Shown one piece after another: positions 9,453 to 19,524 of a DNA stretch of 64,000 bases. A program made the position numbers and the translations under genes. The stretch's first letter is position 1; each line of letters begins with the position of its first letter. The stretch is from Chitinophaga pinensis (lineage in GTDB: Bacteria > Bacteroidota > Bacteroidia > Chitinophagales > Chitinophagaceae), in the NCBI GenBank assembly GCA_943367825.1, contig CALRKF020000002.1, positions 54,249 to 118,248 of the forward strand, given 5' to 3'. The notes beneath the pieces were generated by a model. That model was not told the origin of the DNA. It made no database searches and saw nothing but the letters and a program-made list of their open reading frames with translations.

Positions 9453-10115
9453 ATGTTAACAGTAGAACTCATCAATCAAAGTATTCCTCAACTACAATTG
9501 CAGGACAGTGTCAAAAAAGCACTGCAGCTGATTAATGATTTTAAGGTTACCCATTTACCTGTTGTCGCGGATGACAAATTTCTTGGTCTTGTAAGCGAAG
9601 ATGATTTACTGGATGCTGAAGAAGTAAAATTGCCCATTCAAATATTACAGGATACCTTTTTAAAAGTAGCAGTGCAAGAAAATGAACATTTCTTAAAAGC
9701 GATTCATATTTGCAATGAATATAATACCAGCATTGTGCCAGTGATAGGAGAAGAAAGTGAATTAATGGGTGTCATTACCTCCCCCGACCTTTTGAAAATC
9801 ATTGGCGAATTCAATGGTGCCAACGAAATAGGAGGCTTGATTGTGTTGGAAATGGAAAGAAGTAAGTTCAGCATCAGCGAAATCAGCCGAATTACCGAAA
9901 GCAACGATGCCACCATCTTGCACCTTAATACAATCATTCACCCCGAAACCGGAATGCTTACAGTTACCCTGCATATCAATAAAAAGGAAATAGCCAGTAC
10001 AGTTGCTACTTTTGAACGGTATGATTATGACGTGATTTACTTTTTTGGAAACGAGCAATTTGAGAATGAAATTCACAGTAATTACAGGCATCTCATGAAT
10101 TATTTAGATATTTAA
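9453..10115 (+). CDS. CBS domain protein
   Basis: Two CBS repeats (HLPVV..KFLGLVSEDDL; IVPVI..LMGVIT..DLL) and a C-terminal ACT-like region (FERYDY). Confidence 0.88.
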   Translation: MLTVELINQSIPQLQLQDSVKKALQLINDFKVTHLPVVADDKFLGLVSEDDLLDAEEVKLPIQILQDTFLKVAVQENEHFLKAIHICNEYNTSIVPVIGEESELMGVITSPDLLKIIGEFNGANEIGGLIVLEMERSKFSISEISRITESNDATILHLNTIIHPETGMLTVTLHINKKEIASTVATFERYDYDVIYFFGNEQFENEIHSNYRHLMNYLDI

Positions 10116-10199
10116 CTACGAATTAATTTCAGCCTGTCTCTTTATGCTTTATATCAGTTATTTTTACAAGCGCTCCTCCTGAAATAAAGCGATGTTTTG

Positions 10200-11645
10200 A
10201 TGATGCATTTAAAGAAAATATTTTGCGGTTGCTGTTTACTGCTTTTTTGCATTACAGGTTTTACACAAATTACTTATAATACCGACAGTCTTACACTGAA
10301 TAGTCATCTGCATGTACGCAATATCATCATCAAAGGGAATAAAAACACAAAGACTTATCTGATTGAGCGCGAAATGCAACTAAAAAGAAATGACTCCATT
10401 CCTGCCATCAAACTAATTGATGCATTAAAACTGGCCAAACAACTTATTTATAATACCTCTTTATTTACCGAGGTAAAAGTGGATGTAAGTGTGGTAACAG
10501 CCTATGATATCGATTTAATAGTAGAAGTAAAAGAACGTTGGTATATTTTTCCAGTTCCCCAGTTTCAGTTAATTGATCGCAACCTAAATGACTGGATAAA
10601 AACCTTTAATGCCAGTCTGAGCAGGGTGAACTATGGATTAAAATTCGTTCACTATAATCTAAGTGGAAGAAGAGATCAATTGCGCATCTTCCTATTGAAT
10701 GGTTATAGCCGCAATTTCTCTTTCAGCTACACAGCCCCTTATAGCAATTCGGCTCTCACAGAGGGATTCACTATCGGTGCAGGCTATACGCAAAATAGAG
10801 AAATCTCCTACAAGACCGATTACAACAATAAGGTATTGTTTTATCCGGTAGATTCTATCCGCAAAGAAGTAGGCGATTTTGTAAGAAATGGATTTAATAT
10901 AAACGCTGCTTATTCCATTAGACGAGGATATTACAGAAAGCATAATTTTTACTTTAACTACAATTATTTAAAAGTATATGACTCAATAGTAACCAATAAA
11001 TTCAACCCCAATTACTTTAATGAACCTACGAATGCCAAAGGGTTTGTAGACTTATCTTACGCTTATCAATACCTTAATGTCAACAATGTGGCATACCCTT
11101 TAAAAGGAACGGCTTTTGGCTATGGCATATCTAAAAGGGGCCTTCGATTTACTGGCAGTATCAATTCACTTTCCATTAATGGTAATTTTAGCAAGTTTTA
11201 TGACCTTGGCAAATTTTGGTATAGTAGTTTTCAATTATCTGGCTCGGTAAAAGTTCCCTTTCGCCAAGCCTATATCAATCAACGAGGGCTTGGTTATGGT
11301 GATACCTATCTCCGGGGATTAGAATACTATGTGATTGATGGAATAGTAACGGGACTGGCAAAAACAACGCTAAAATATAAATTACTTCAGTTTAAAATCC
11401 CTTTCCCTTTTAAATCAAAATCGCATCCCTACATTCCTTTCACTTTTTTCGCTAAAACCTTTGGTGACTTAGGTTACTGTTTTAATAAAAATGAATTTAA
11501 GGCATCACTCAATAATAAATTATTATACTCAGGCGGAATTGGCATCGACTTACTTACATTATATGATGTAAATCTACGATTTGAATACAGTTTTAACCAA
11601 TTAGGAGAAAAGGGTTTATTTTTACATACACAGGGCGGGTTTTAA
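10200..11645 (+). CDS. Omp85 (BamA/TamA-like) outer-membrane protein with one POTRA domain
   Basis: Signal peptide, POTRA (IIIKGNKNTKTYLIEREM..LFTEV..VKERWY), Tyr/Gly-rich beta strands, LRGLEYYVIDG (VRGY-like) and terminal Phe. Start may be 10197, 10200 or 10203. Confidence 0.8.
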   Translation: MMHLKKIFCGCCLLLFCITGFTQITYNTDSLTLNSHLHVRNIIIKGNKNTKTYLIEREMQLKRNDSIPAIKLIDALKLAKQLIYNTSLFTEVKVDVSVVTAYDIDLIVEVKERWYIFPVPQFQLIDRNLNDWIKTFNASLSRVNYGLKFVHYNLSGRRDQLRIFLLNGYSRNFSFSYTAPYSNSALTEGFTIGAGYTQNREISYKTDYNNKVLFYPVDSIRKEVGDFVRNGFNINAAYSIRRGYYRKHNFYFNYNYLKVYDSIVTNKFNPNYFNEPTNAKGFVDLSYAYQYLNVNNVAYPLKGTAFGYGISKRGLRFTGSINSLSINGNFSKFYDLGKFWYSSFQLSGSVKVPFRQAYINQRGLGYGDTYLRGLEYYVIDGIVTGLAKTTLKYKLLQFKIPFPFKSKSHPYIPFTFFAKTFGDLGYCFNKNEFKASLNNKLLYSGGIGIDLLTLYDVNLRFEYSFNQLGEKGLFLHTQGGF

Positions 11646-11679
11646 AATCAAATATAATTAGCAGAAAAGGATATAGTTT

Positions 11680-12558
11680 ATGAAAATTGCAATCTATAGC
11701 AGGGGCATTGAAAACAATCAGCAAAACGACATGCAATTGTTATTAGAAGAACTGGCTGCGCATAAGATTGAACCTGTTTTTTATCAGGACTTTTTCAATC
11801 AATTCTATTCAGCCTTCAATATTACACAAAAATATTCCACCTTCAATTCCTATGAAGACTTGGATGAAAGCATTGACAGCATTATAAGTTTGGGTGGTGA
11901 TGGCACTTTACTAGACACGGTAACACTTGTAAGGGATAAAGGCACTCCTGTACTCGGTATTAATTATGGAAGGCTTGGATTTCTTGCCAGTATTGGTAAA
12001 GAAGAATTAAAAAATGCAATCACTGCTTTAGTCAACAGAACTTTTGTAACAGATAAAAGATCATTGATACACCTCGATGCCAATATGCCTTTATTCGGCG
12101 AAACGCCTTATGCCTTGAATGAATTTTCTTTACACAAAAAGGACTCCTCTCCTATGATAAAAATCCATACTTATCTGAATGGTGAGTTCTTGAATTCTTA
12201 TTGGGCAGACGGCCTCATAGTTGCTACCCCTACCGGTAGTACAGGTTATTCATTGAGTTGTCAGGGGCCAGTTATTTTTCCCGATAATGAGTGTTTTGTT
12301 ATTACACCTGTATCACCACACAATTTAAATATCCGGCCCATTGTAGTACCAGACAGTAATATCATCTCATTCGAAATTGAGGGCAGAACAGATGGATTTC
12401 TTTGTACCTTGGATAGTCGCAGAGAAATTGTAACCAAAGAAATACAGTTGGCCGTAAAAAAAGAAAACTTTGGAATCAACCTGATTCGCCTGAATGAAAA
12501 TAATTTTTTACAAACACTCCGTAACAAATTGAGTTGGGGATTGGACAAAAGAAATTAA
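11680..12558 (+). CDS. nadK: NAD kinase
   Basis: GGDGT, GINYGRLGFL, ALNE, DGLIVATPTGSTGYSLS and LSWGLDKRN. Confidence 0.96.
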   Translation: MKIAIYSRGIENNQQNDMQLLLEELAAHKIEPVFYQDFFNQFYSAFNITQKYSTFNSYEDLDESIDSIISLGGDGTLLDTVTLVRDKGTPVLGINYGRLGFLASIGKEELKNAITALVNRTFVTDKRSLIHLDANMPLFGETPYALNEFSLHKKDSSPMIKIHTYLNGEFLNSYWADGLIVATPTGSTGYSLSCQGPVIFPDNECFVITPVSPHNLNIRPIVVPDSNIISFEIEGRTDGFLCTLDSRREIVTKEIQLAVKKENFGINLIRLNENNFLQTLRNKLSWGLDKRN

Positions 12559-12594
12559 TATACCAGTATTTTATAGATTTAATCAATAGGCATC

Positions 12595-13578
12595 ATGCAT
12601 TTACGGGCCAAACATCTCAGATACATCTATTTTTTTTACTGGTTTTTACTGGCATATATCCTTGCAGCCCTTGCCTGGTGGTTTATTGCATTAAATACCC
12701 AGAATCACCAAATGGCCAATTACAAACTCAATGAATTGAATCCCACTAGTGCCCAATACGAAGGCTATGCTAATAAGATTAAGGATGCAGAAAAAAGAAA
12801 AACAGCTCAATACCTCGGCGAAGGATCCATCTTTTTTTTATTGATAATGGCTGGGGCCGTATTTATTTTTGGGGCCGTACGCAATCAACTCAAACAAAGC
12901 CATGAACAACAAAATTTCATGATGGCCATCACACATGAATTAAAAACGCCCATAGCAGTTGCCAAATTAAATTTGGAGACCCTCCAAATAAGAAAATTGG
13001 ATGAAGAGCAACAAAAAAAATTAATACAAAATACTTTACAAGAAGCTAACAGATTGAATGCACTTTGCAATAACCTGTTGCTTTCCTCACAAATGGAAGC
13101 AGGTGGATATAAACTTAATATGGAAGAAACTGATTTTAGTGAATTAGTCAGCCAATGCGCCCATGACTTCAATGTACGTTTTCCGCAAAGAATCATCCAT
13201 ACCGATATTCAAAAAGAAGTTTATGTAATGGGCGATTTGCTTTTATTACAAATGGCTGTGAATAATTTAATAGACAATGCACTGAAGTATTCTCCTAAAG
13301 AAATGCCCATAACAATTCAATTAACCGAATCCAACGGAAAACCCTCCTTGTTGGTTATGGATGAAGGAAAAGGAATTGCCGCGGAAGAAAAAAACAAGGT
13401 ATTTCATAAATTCTATCGAATAGGCAATGCCTCTACTAAGGCAGCCAAAGGGACAGGATTAGGCCTATATTTAACAAAGAAGATTGTATTGCAACACAAT
13501 GGAAATATCTATTTGACCGATAACCAACCAAAGGGAAGTATTTTTACTATTCAATTAAATACAGCCAACGCAACATGA
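12595..13578 (+). CDS. Two-component sensor histidine kinase
   Basis: Two TM helices, H-box ITHELKTP, N-box NLIDNALKYS and G-boxes DEGKGI / GTGLGL. Confidence 0.95.
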   Translation: MHLRAKHLRYIYFFYWFLLAYILAALAWWFIALNTQNHQMANYKLNELNPTSAQYEGYANKIKDAEKRKTAQYLGEGSIFFLLIMAGAVFIFGAVRNQLKQSHEQQNFMMAITHELKTPIAVAKLNLETLQIRKLDEEQQKKLIQNTLQEANRLNALCNNLLLSSQMEAGGYKLNMEETDFSELVSQCAHDFNVRFPQRIIHTDIQKEVYVMGDLLLLQMAVNNLIDNALKYSPKEMPITIQLTESNGKPSLLVMDEGKGIAAEEKNKVFHKFYRIGNASTKAAKGTGLGLYLTKKIVLQHNGNIYLTDNQPKGSIFTIQLNTANAT

Positions 13579-14276
13579 GCAAGAAATCCATTTTACTAGT
13601 AGAAGACGAGGAGAACCTACAGGAAGCCTTGAAGCTAAACCTTGAATTAGAAAATTATGAAGTTACCAGTGCCTATGATGGCGCAGAGGCTTTAAAAGCA
13701 GTTGTATCAGAGCACTTCGATTTAATTGTACTAGATGTAATGCTACCTGAGATAGATGGTATCACAGTATGCGAAACCATCAGGCTTAGCAATCCCGACA
13801 TACCCATTTTAATTTTAAGCGCTAAAAACAGTAGTGCAGACAGAATTCTTGGACTAAAAAAAGGAGCCGATGATTACCTGACCAAACCCTTTAACTTAGA
13901 GGAATTATTATTAAGGGTGAATAAATTGATTAGAAAAAGTGAGAAATTAGGCAGTAAAATTCCTGTGCCCGATGTGTATATTTTTGGTAAAAACAAAATA
14001 GATTTTAATGCTTCGGAAGGATTTGATAAAGATGGACATAAATTTTCTCTGACCAAGAAAGAATTAATGCTATTGAAATTATTAATTGAAAACAAGAACG
14101 AAACAGTAGCCCGCGAAAAAATATTGCATACTGTTTGGGGTTACAATGTTTATCCTACCACCAGAACAATTGATAATTTTGTATTAAGCTTCAGAAGATA
14201 TTTTGAAGCGGATAGTCGCAATCCAAAATATTTCCACAGTGTTAGAGGAGTGGGCTATAAATTTACCGATGCTTAA
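13575..14276 (+). CDS. OmpR/PhoB-family response regulator
   Basis: LLVEDE, LDVMLP, GADDYLTKPF and winged-helix RTIDNF..VRGVGY. Overlaps the kinase by 4 nt (ATGA). Confidence 0.96.
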   Translation: MSKKSILLVEDEENLQEALKLNLELENYEVTSAYDGAEALKAVVSEHFDLIVLDVMLPEIDGITVCETIRLSNPDIPILILSAKNSSADRILGLKKGADDYLTKPFNLEELLLRVNKLIRKSEKLGSKIPVPDVYIFGKNKIDFNASEGFDKDGHKFSLTKKELMLLKLLIENKNETVAREKILHTVWGYNVYPTTRTIDNFVLSFRRYFEADSRNPKYFHSVRGVGYKFTDA

Positions 14277-16164
14277 TCTTGTAAGTGTCTAATAAGCCAA
14301 TCATGTCTTCAGCGCGGTTATAAAATCCTTGCATATTTTCAGCTACTGGAAAGGGAGTGTATAATTGCCATTCCAATTCATCCATTAACTGCTGTAATTG
14401 TAAACTAACATTAATGCTTACTCCCATATTATCCAAATGAGTTGCTATTATTTTTTTATTCAAAACTGCAGCTGGTATTGATAACCAATTGGCCAGATAA
14501 TTTTTCAAACCTGTATTGATGGCCAAATAAAAGGCTGCAGGATCAGCATTGTCTATACTTTTAGCGGCTTCCAATAATGGATTGACATTTTCAATCATTA
14601 TATTTTCTTCCTCGATGGCAATAGGTGTAACGGATTTATCTGGGTCTACTATAGTAGCATTGTGAATTTTTTCCTTTTTGTTTTCTCTTCCCACATAAAA
14701 CAATAAACCTATAATTATAATGGAAGCAATGACCAACACAATCATCCAACGATTATTAAATAATTTATTTAAAAACCTCACTTGATTATTAGCATCAGAA
14801 GCTTGCTCCATTTTTTTACCCAACCCTTTAGATACATAAAATTTTAAGGGGACGGTAGATGTCGTTTTATATTGTTGACTTACTACATCAAAATAACTCA
14901 TTTCAATTGGAGCCAAGGTATATAGCCCAGGCTGATTGACAGTAAAGGGATATTCAACCAACTTTCTTCCACTCAAAGGCACATTCAATTTATTGATATC
15001 ATCACTTATTTTAGGATCAAATCCCTCCATGCCCGCAGGCCAATTGATATCCGGGGCATTCACTAATTGCATATTTCCCTCGCCTTTAATCAGCAACAAA
15101 ATTTTTCCGGCATCATCGGTACTAAAACTATCCTTATCCAGTGCGGCACTAATTTGAAACTTCCCTACCGCCGATTTAAAGCTAGCAGGCTTATTTACCG
15201 ACGGCAATTCCTTTACTTGAATATCAATCGGATCACTTTTCAAACTTACCTTATGGTCTTCAAATGCTTCGGCAGGTAATTGAATCTCTCCAAAAAGATC
15301 GGCTAGGTCTCCGCTGCGCTGCCGACGATTGATATACTCTTCTTTAATTAAATGAACAGTATTTTCTATCTCCGCCGACTGCAAGGTTAAGATGCCAGAC
15401 TGCAATGGATACAATTGCGATTTCCGAATAACATACACATTGTACTCTTTGCCATTCAGTTTTTCCTGAGTATAATTTATATTATCAGGCAACTGAAGAT
15501 CCACAACACTAAATCCATTGAAAGATGGATTTTTCGTTAGACTACTTTCACTTTTTAATCTGGTATATAATTTATAGGTTACTACAACGGGTTCACCTAC
15601 ATAACAGGATGTTTTATTTACTTCCGCCCTAACAACCAAATTTTGCTTTATTTTATCCAGTACATTTTCTCCTTTCCGTAAAACCGACTCACTGTATTGT
15701 AAAGAAGGCCTTGTATCTTCAAAAGGATCCATACCCCCAAAACCCGGTGTAAATATGCTGTTGGTATTATTATTTCCCTGCGGATCCTTCACCACTTTCA
15801 ATTGAATAGGATTACTTCGCAATAATTTACCATCTGCTTTTGCTGTTGCAGATTCAATTTTAAAATTACCAACAGACTTAGGCTGAATAGTAAAACTGAT
15901 AGATATATATTGCTTTACTACCCCATTGATGGTGTTGACCCCATTCGCCTGATTGGGGCCGCTTACCACTACAAAATCTTTTAAGGAAGGAGGATTAATC
16001 CGCTCAACTTGTTGAGCATTTTCTACCACAAACTCAAGATTGGCATATTCGTTTTTACCAATGGTAGTAGGTGAAACAGCTGCGCTAAAACGTAACTGTG
16101 CAGTTGTCTGCAAAGCAGTCTGTATGAATAGAAAAACCAATAACTTTTGTAAAAAATATTTCAT
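14263..16164 (-). CDS. BatD-family protein
   Basis: Signal peptide ending TTA-Q, repeated Ig-like BatD segments (VVSGPNQ, YVGEPV, SAVGKFQI, GEGN) and a C-terminal TM helix. Confidence 0.8.
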   Translation of the reverse strand: MKYFLQKLLVFLFIQTALQTTAQLRFSAAVSPTTIGKNEYANLEFVVENAQQVERINPPSLKDFVVVSGPNQANGVNTINGVVKQYISISFTIQPKSVGNFKIESATAKADGKLLRSNPIQLKVVKDPQGNNNTNSIFTPGFGGMDPFEDTRPSLQYSESVLRKGENVLDKIKQNLVVRAEVNKTSCYVGEPVVVTYKLYTRLKSESSLTKNPSFNGFSVVDLQLPDNINYTQEKLNGKEYNVYVIRKSQLYPLQSGILTLQSAEIENTVHLIKEEYINRRQRSGDLADLFGEIQLPAEAFEDHKVSLKSDPIDIQVKELPSVNKPASFKSAVGKFQISAALDKDSFSTDDAGKILLLIKGEGNMQLVNAPDINWPAGMEGFDPKISDDINKLNVPLSGRKLVEYPFTVNQPGLYTLAPIEMSYFDVVSQQYKTTSTVPLKFYVSKGLGKKMEQASDANNQVRFLNKLFNNRWMIVLVIASIIIIGLLFYVGRENKKEKIHNATIVDPDKSVTPIAIEEENIMIENVNPLLEAAKSIDNADPAAFYLAINTGLKNYLANWLSIPAAVLNKKIIATHLDNMGVSINVSLQLQQLMDELEWQLYTPFPVAENMQGFYNRAEDMIGLLDTYKIKHR

Positions 16165-16175
16165 TTCGAATGCAG

Positions 16176-16183
16176 CAAAAATA
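16176..16183 (-). promoter_or_regulatory. -7 element TATTTTTG for the BatD-family gene
   Basis: Reverse-strand TAnnTTTG 11 nt upstream of ATG 16164. Confidence 0.5.
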
Positions 16184-16261
16184 CTTCAATACTTGCTTTT
16201 TTTAAATAGCCTATTGTATGAATGGATGCAAGAAATTGTTAATTATAAATACCTGCATGTT

Positions 16262-16957
16262 TTAAAGATCTCCTAATTGAGGCCGAAGAATAATTTCCTC
16301 CACACAGGCAGCAGCAGAAAGTTGTGTAGCAGCATAAATCATGCTAGCTATATCCGTGGCCTCCATGATTCGAGCAGTTGAATTATTATAATCACCCCAA
16401 CTATCGGTAAACACAGCCCCAGGAAATACAGCAGTCACCTTAATATGATGAGGCATCATTTCCATTCTTAGATTTTGACTAAACCCATTCAAAGCAAATT
16501 TGCTAATACTATAAGCCCCACCATTGGGATAGCCCTTCAAAGAAGCAATTGAGCAAATATTAAAAATATGCCCCGTTTTTCGGTTAATCATTGAAGGCAA
16601 TAATTTTCTTGTAAGATGGTAGGCACTTAATAAATTCGTCGCCAATTGTTGCTCTAACAAACCTTCCGGCTCATCCTGTACCTGACCTGGCGCAAAACTT
16701 CCAGCATTGTTTACCAATACATCCACAGCAATCCCCTTGCCCAATAACCATTCGCCAAAACCAGCAGCATCTTTACTCAAATCATAAGATTTGTATTCGA
16801 TAGTAACTGTTGGAAAATCATGCATCAATGCCTGAACAGTATTTTGTAATTTTTCCTCATTCTTACTGGTTAAAAACAAAGAATGACCTTGGGCAGCAAA
16901 AATTGCTGCAATGGCCTTACCTATCCCCCTGGAAGCGCCTGTAATTACTACATTCAT
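16262..16957 (-). CDS. SDR family oxidoreductase
   Basis: TGASRGIG, VNNAG, SIAS and catalytic YSISK. Confidence 0.93.
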   Translation of the reverse strand: MNVVITGASRGIGKAIAAIFAAQGHSLFLTSKNEEKLQNTVQALMHDFPTVTIEYKSYDLSKDAAGFGEWLLGKGIAVDVLVNNAGSFAPGQVQDEPEGLLEQQLATNLLSAYHLTRKLLPSMINRKTGHIFNICSIASLKGYPNGGAYSISKFALNGFSQNLRMEMMPHHIKVTAVFPGAVFTDSWGDYNNSTARIMEATDIASMIYAATQLSAAACVEEIILRPQLGDL

Positions 16958-16977
16958 TGTAAGTAGATTAATGGTTG

Positions 16978-16985
16978 CAAAGCTA
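16978..16985 (-). promoter_or_regulatory. -7 element TAGCTTTG for the SDR gene
   Basis: Reverse-strand TAnnTTTG 20 nt upstream of ATG 16957. Confidence 0.5.
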
Positions 16986-17076
16986 AATGAAATTTATTCC
17001 CTGACTCACTACACAATTTCAAATTCTAAAATTTTACAAGTAGCTTGCAGGCTTTATAAATAAGCAAGCTATTTGC

Positions 17077-17772
17077 ATGAAATACAAAGATATTTTTTTC
17101 GACCTCGATCATACATTATGGGACTTTGAAACAAACTCATCGCTAACGCTGAAAGCGCTATTTAAGGAATATGATCTCACCGCCAGAGGCATCCACTCCT
17201 TTGTCGATTTTCATGCAGTATACAAAGAGCACAATCATCGACTTTGGGATAAATACAGCAAGGGACTAATTAAACAAGATGAATTAAGATGGAAACGAAT
17301 GTGGCATACCTTACTTGACTTTAAAATCGGAGACGAAAAGCTTGCCAAAGAAATGAGTGCCCGTTACCTGACCATTTTACCTGATCAGAAAGCCCTGTTT
17401 GATTATAGTATTGAAATACTGAATTATCTTCAAAATAAAGCCTATCGCTTGCATATCATTAGCAATGGATTTGAAGATGTACAACACAATAAACTCATCA
17501 AATCGGGCATTAAAAAATATTTTAACGCCATCATTACTAGCGAAGGCTGCAATGCCACTAAACCCAATAAAGAAATTTTTGAAGCAGCATTGACTGCAGC
17601 TGGAGCCAGGCTGGAAGAAAGCATCATGATTGGCGACAATCCTGAAGCAGATATACAAGGTGCTATCAATGCTGGCATGGACTCTATTCTGGTAAATCAT
17701 ACCAATATTTCCACCATCATTCCTTCAACTTATACTGTTAAGCATTTAAAAGAACTGGAAGAGATATTATAA
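17077..17772 (+). CDS. YjjG-family HAD pyrimidine nucleotidase
   Basis: FFDLDHTLWDF, ISNGF, KP..IF and MIGDNPEADIQGA. Confidence 0.9.
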   Translation: MKYKDIFFDLDHTLWDFETNSSLTLKALFKEYDLTARGIHSFVDFHAVYKEHNHRLWDKYSKGLIKQDELRWKRMWHTLLDFKIGDEKLAKEMSARYLTILPDQKALFDYSIEILNYLQNKAYRLHIISNGFEDVQHNKLIKSGIKKYFNAIITSEGCNATKPNKEIFEAALTAAGARLEESIMIGDNPEADIQGAINAGMDSILVNHTNISTIIPSTYTVKHLKELEEIL

Positions 17773-17796
17773 AAAAGCCCCCGTTTTCACGGAGGC
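17771..17796 (-). terminator. Minus-strand intrinsic terminator downstream of the small Cys-rich gene
   Basis: Minus strand reads gcctccgt-GAAA-acgggggc-tttttt. The G-U pair only works on this strand. Confidence 0.8.
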
Positions 17797-17817
17797 GGAT
17801 CTTAATCTGATGGAAAA

Positions 17818-17997
17818 TTACATTTCTACAGTTTTTGACTTGTCTTTGCAGCAAGATTTAGTAGCTCCTTCTGCTTTAGTGCAACAAGTTTTTCCTTTAG
17901 CACATTTCTTTTTCTTTTTGCCTTTGTCGCTGTTGTTAGCAAAACTTACGCCGGCAATAAAAAGCGCTGCTGTAGCAAATAAAATTAGTTTTTTCAT
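17818..17997 (-). CDS. 59-aa secreted Cys/Lys-rich peptide (absent from ORF track)
   Basis: Manual translation: MKKLILFATAALFIAGVSFA-NNSDKGKKKKKCAKGKTCCTKAEGATKSCCKDKSKTVEM*. Classic signal peptide, A-rich start context and own terminator. Confidence 0.8.
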   Translation of the reverse strand: MKKLILFATAALFIAGVSFANNSDKGKKKKKCAKGKTCCTKAEGATKSCCKDKSKTVEM

Positions 17998-18102
17998 TAT
18001 GACTTGTTTTTTGTTTTTTTTATAGACTGTAAAAATAACCTACCAGATGCTTATTACCAAGAGCTTATTGTTAAAATTTGATGAATGGCAGTACCACCAT
18101 TC

Positions 18103-18759
18103 TCACCAGGATGCGACGACAGTTACCCCCCCCTTTACCACCTGATTTAACTCAACATGTAGTTTAGTTCCTACAGGCAATAGTAAATCTACCCTGCTTC
18201 CAAACTTAATAAAGCCCATTTCTTCTGTCTGATTCACCTTTTGACCCACCTGCAAATAGTTAACAATACGCTTAGCCAAGGCCCCGGCAATTTGTTTTAC
18301 CAATACTTCCTTATCACCATTTTTTATTACTACACTATGTCTTTCATTTTCTGTTGATGACTTGGGATTCCAAGCTACTAAGTATTTTCCCTTGTGATAT
18401 TGATTGTATACCACTTCGCCACTTAATGGGTTACGGTTTACATGCACATTGGCAGGGCTCATAAAAATCGACACCTGCAATCGCTTGGTCTTGAAATATT
18501 CGGGGTCAACGGTTTCTTCAATAACCACCACCTTGCCATCAGCAGGCGCTATAATAGCATTTTCATTGATGGTCAACCTACGATTAGGCACCCGAAAAAA
18601 TGAAACCAGGAATAATAATAAAAATAAAGTTGCGGCAAAAACAGCCCATGTTAACCATGGCAAGTCGGCACTGAAAAAATAAAAGAAAGAATAATTGATA
18701 GCGCCAAATATTAAAGTACCAATGGCAATGGATTTATAACCCTCCCTGTGAATTGTCAT
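18103..18759 (-). CDS. psd: Phosphatidylserine decarboxylase proenzyme
   Basis: FFRVP, APADGKV, IFMSPANVHVNR, QIAG and cleavage motif GFIKFGSRVD. Start MTIHREG at 18759 preferred over 18846. Confidence 0.95.
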   Translation of the reverse strand: MTIHREGYKSIAIGTLIFGAINYSFFYFFSADLPWLTWAVFAATLFLLLFLVSFFRVPNRRLTINENAIIAPADGKVVVIEETVDPEYFKTKRLQVSIFMSPANVHVNRNPLSGEVVYNQYHKGKYLVAWNPKSSTENERHSVVIKNGDKEVLVKQIAGALAKRIVNYLQVGQKVNQTEEMGFIKFGSRVDLLLPVGTKLHVELNQVVKGGVTVVASW

Positions 18760-18815
18760 GCTTGATAGAATTAAAATGCAAATGTACAGCAGGAGCGGGC
18801 AAATAGAACAGACCG

Positions 18816-19496
18816 TTAATATTTGATATAGCCAAATTTTTCCCACTGAGCCAGGGCAAAATCCTGTATAGGCTTCGCCGCCCTTGCAAATTGGGCATCG
18901 GGCTTTTTTTCACCCCCTTCCCGATTTTGATCGTATTCAATAATCGTGCTTCCACGGATAGCATATTTGTTGGACCCTTCGTATAGTATTAGTTTTTTTT
19001 CATCCGGACTAACATCCCCCTTGCAAGACAATTTATACAAAAAGCTGACTTCCCCTACCTGATTACTATCCATGTCTGTGATGCTAAAAGAGCCGGGAAA
19101 AAACTCGCAAGTAGCGTCTACTTCGCATGCATCAATTCTATCCTGTACCATCCATTTCTTCAGCCAACTATCGCCTATTTTATCAAAACAATAGGCATAC
19201 AAGGAACCAGACTGCCCATTATTTTCACTCATTTTAACGGGTATGGCTGAAAACAGGGCAAGATGATCCCCATTCAAATCCATCCAAGAAAGACCTTCTA
19301 ATAATTCACCTTTTATACTATCCCGCAAAGGGTTATTTCCTTTGTCGAAAGAAGCTAATTTGAATTTTTTTTGCAGGGTCTTGTCTTCCTGCTGCAAATT
19401 ATCTGTTGTAGCTTTTGCTACTGAGGGCTGTTCAGAACCGGAGTTAGTACATGATACAAATAATAGCAAACCTACAATTAGGGAGTAATATTTCAT
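18816..19496 (-). CDS. Lipoprotein of unknown function, resembling the M949_RS01915 family
   Basis: Lipobox FVS-C, plus C-x4-C, ITDMD, YKLSCKGDVSP and KYAIRG motifs recalled for this family. Confidence 0.6.
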   Translation of the reverse strand: MKYYSLIVGLLLFVSCTNSGSEQPSVAKATTDNLQQEDKTLQKKFKLASFDKGNNPLRDSIKGELLEGLSWMDLNGDHLALFSAIPVKMSENNGQSGSLYAYCFDKIGDSWLKKWMVQDRIDACEVDATCEFFPGSFSITDMDSNQVGEVSFLYKLSCKGDVSPDEKKLILYEGSNKYAIRGSTIIEYDQNREGGEKKPDAQFARAAKPIQDFALAQWEKFGYIKY

Positions 19497-19524
19497 ATAA
19501 ATATTTAATTAAATATAAAATGTA

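Noticed and set aside
17810-18025. Plus-strand 71-aa ORF in the track
   Set aside because: Antisense shadow of the Cys-rich secreted peptide; the terminator works only on the minus strand.
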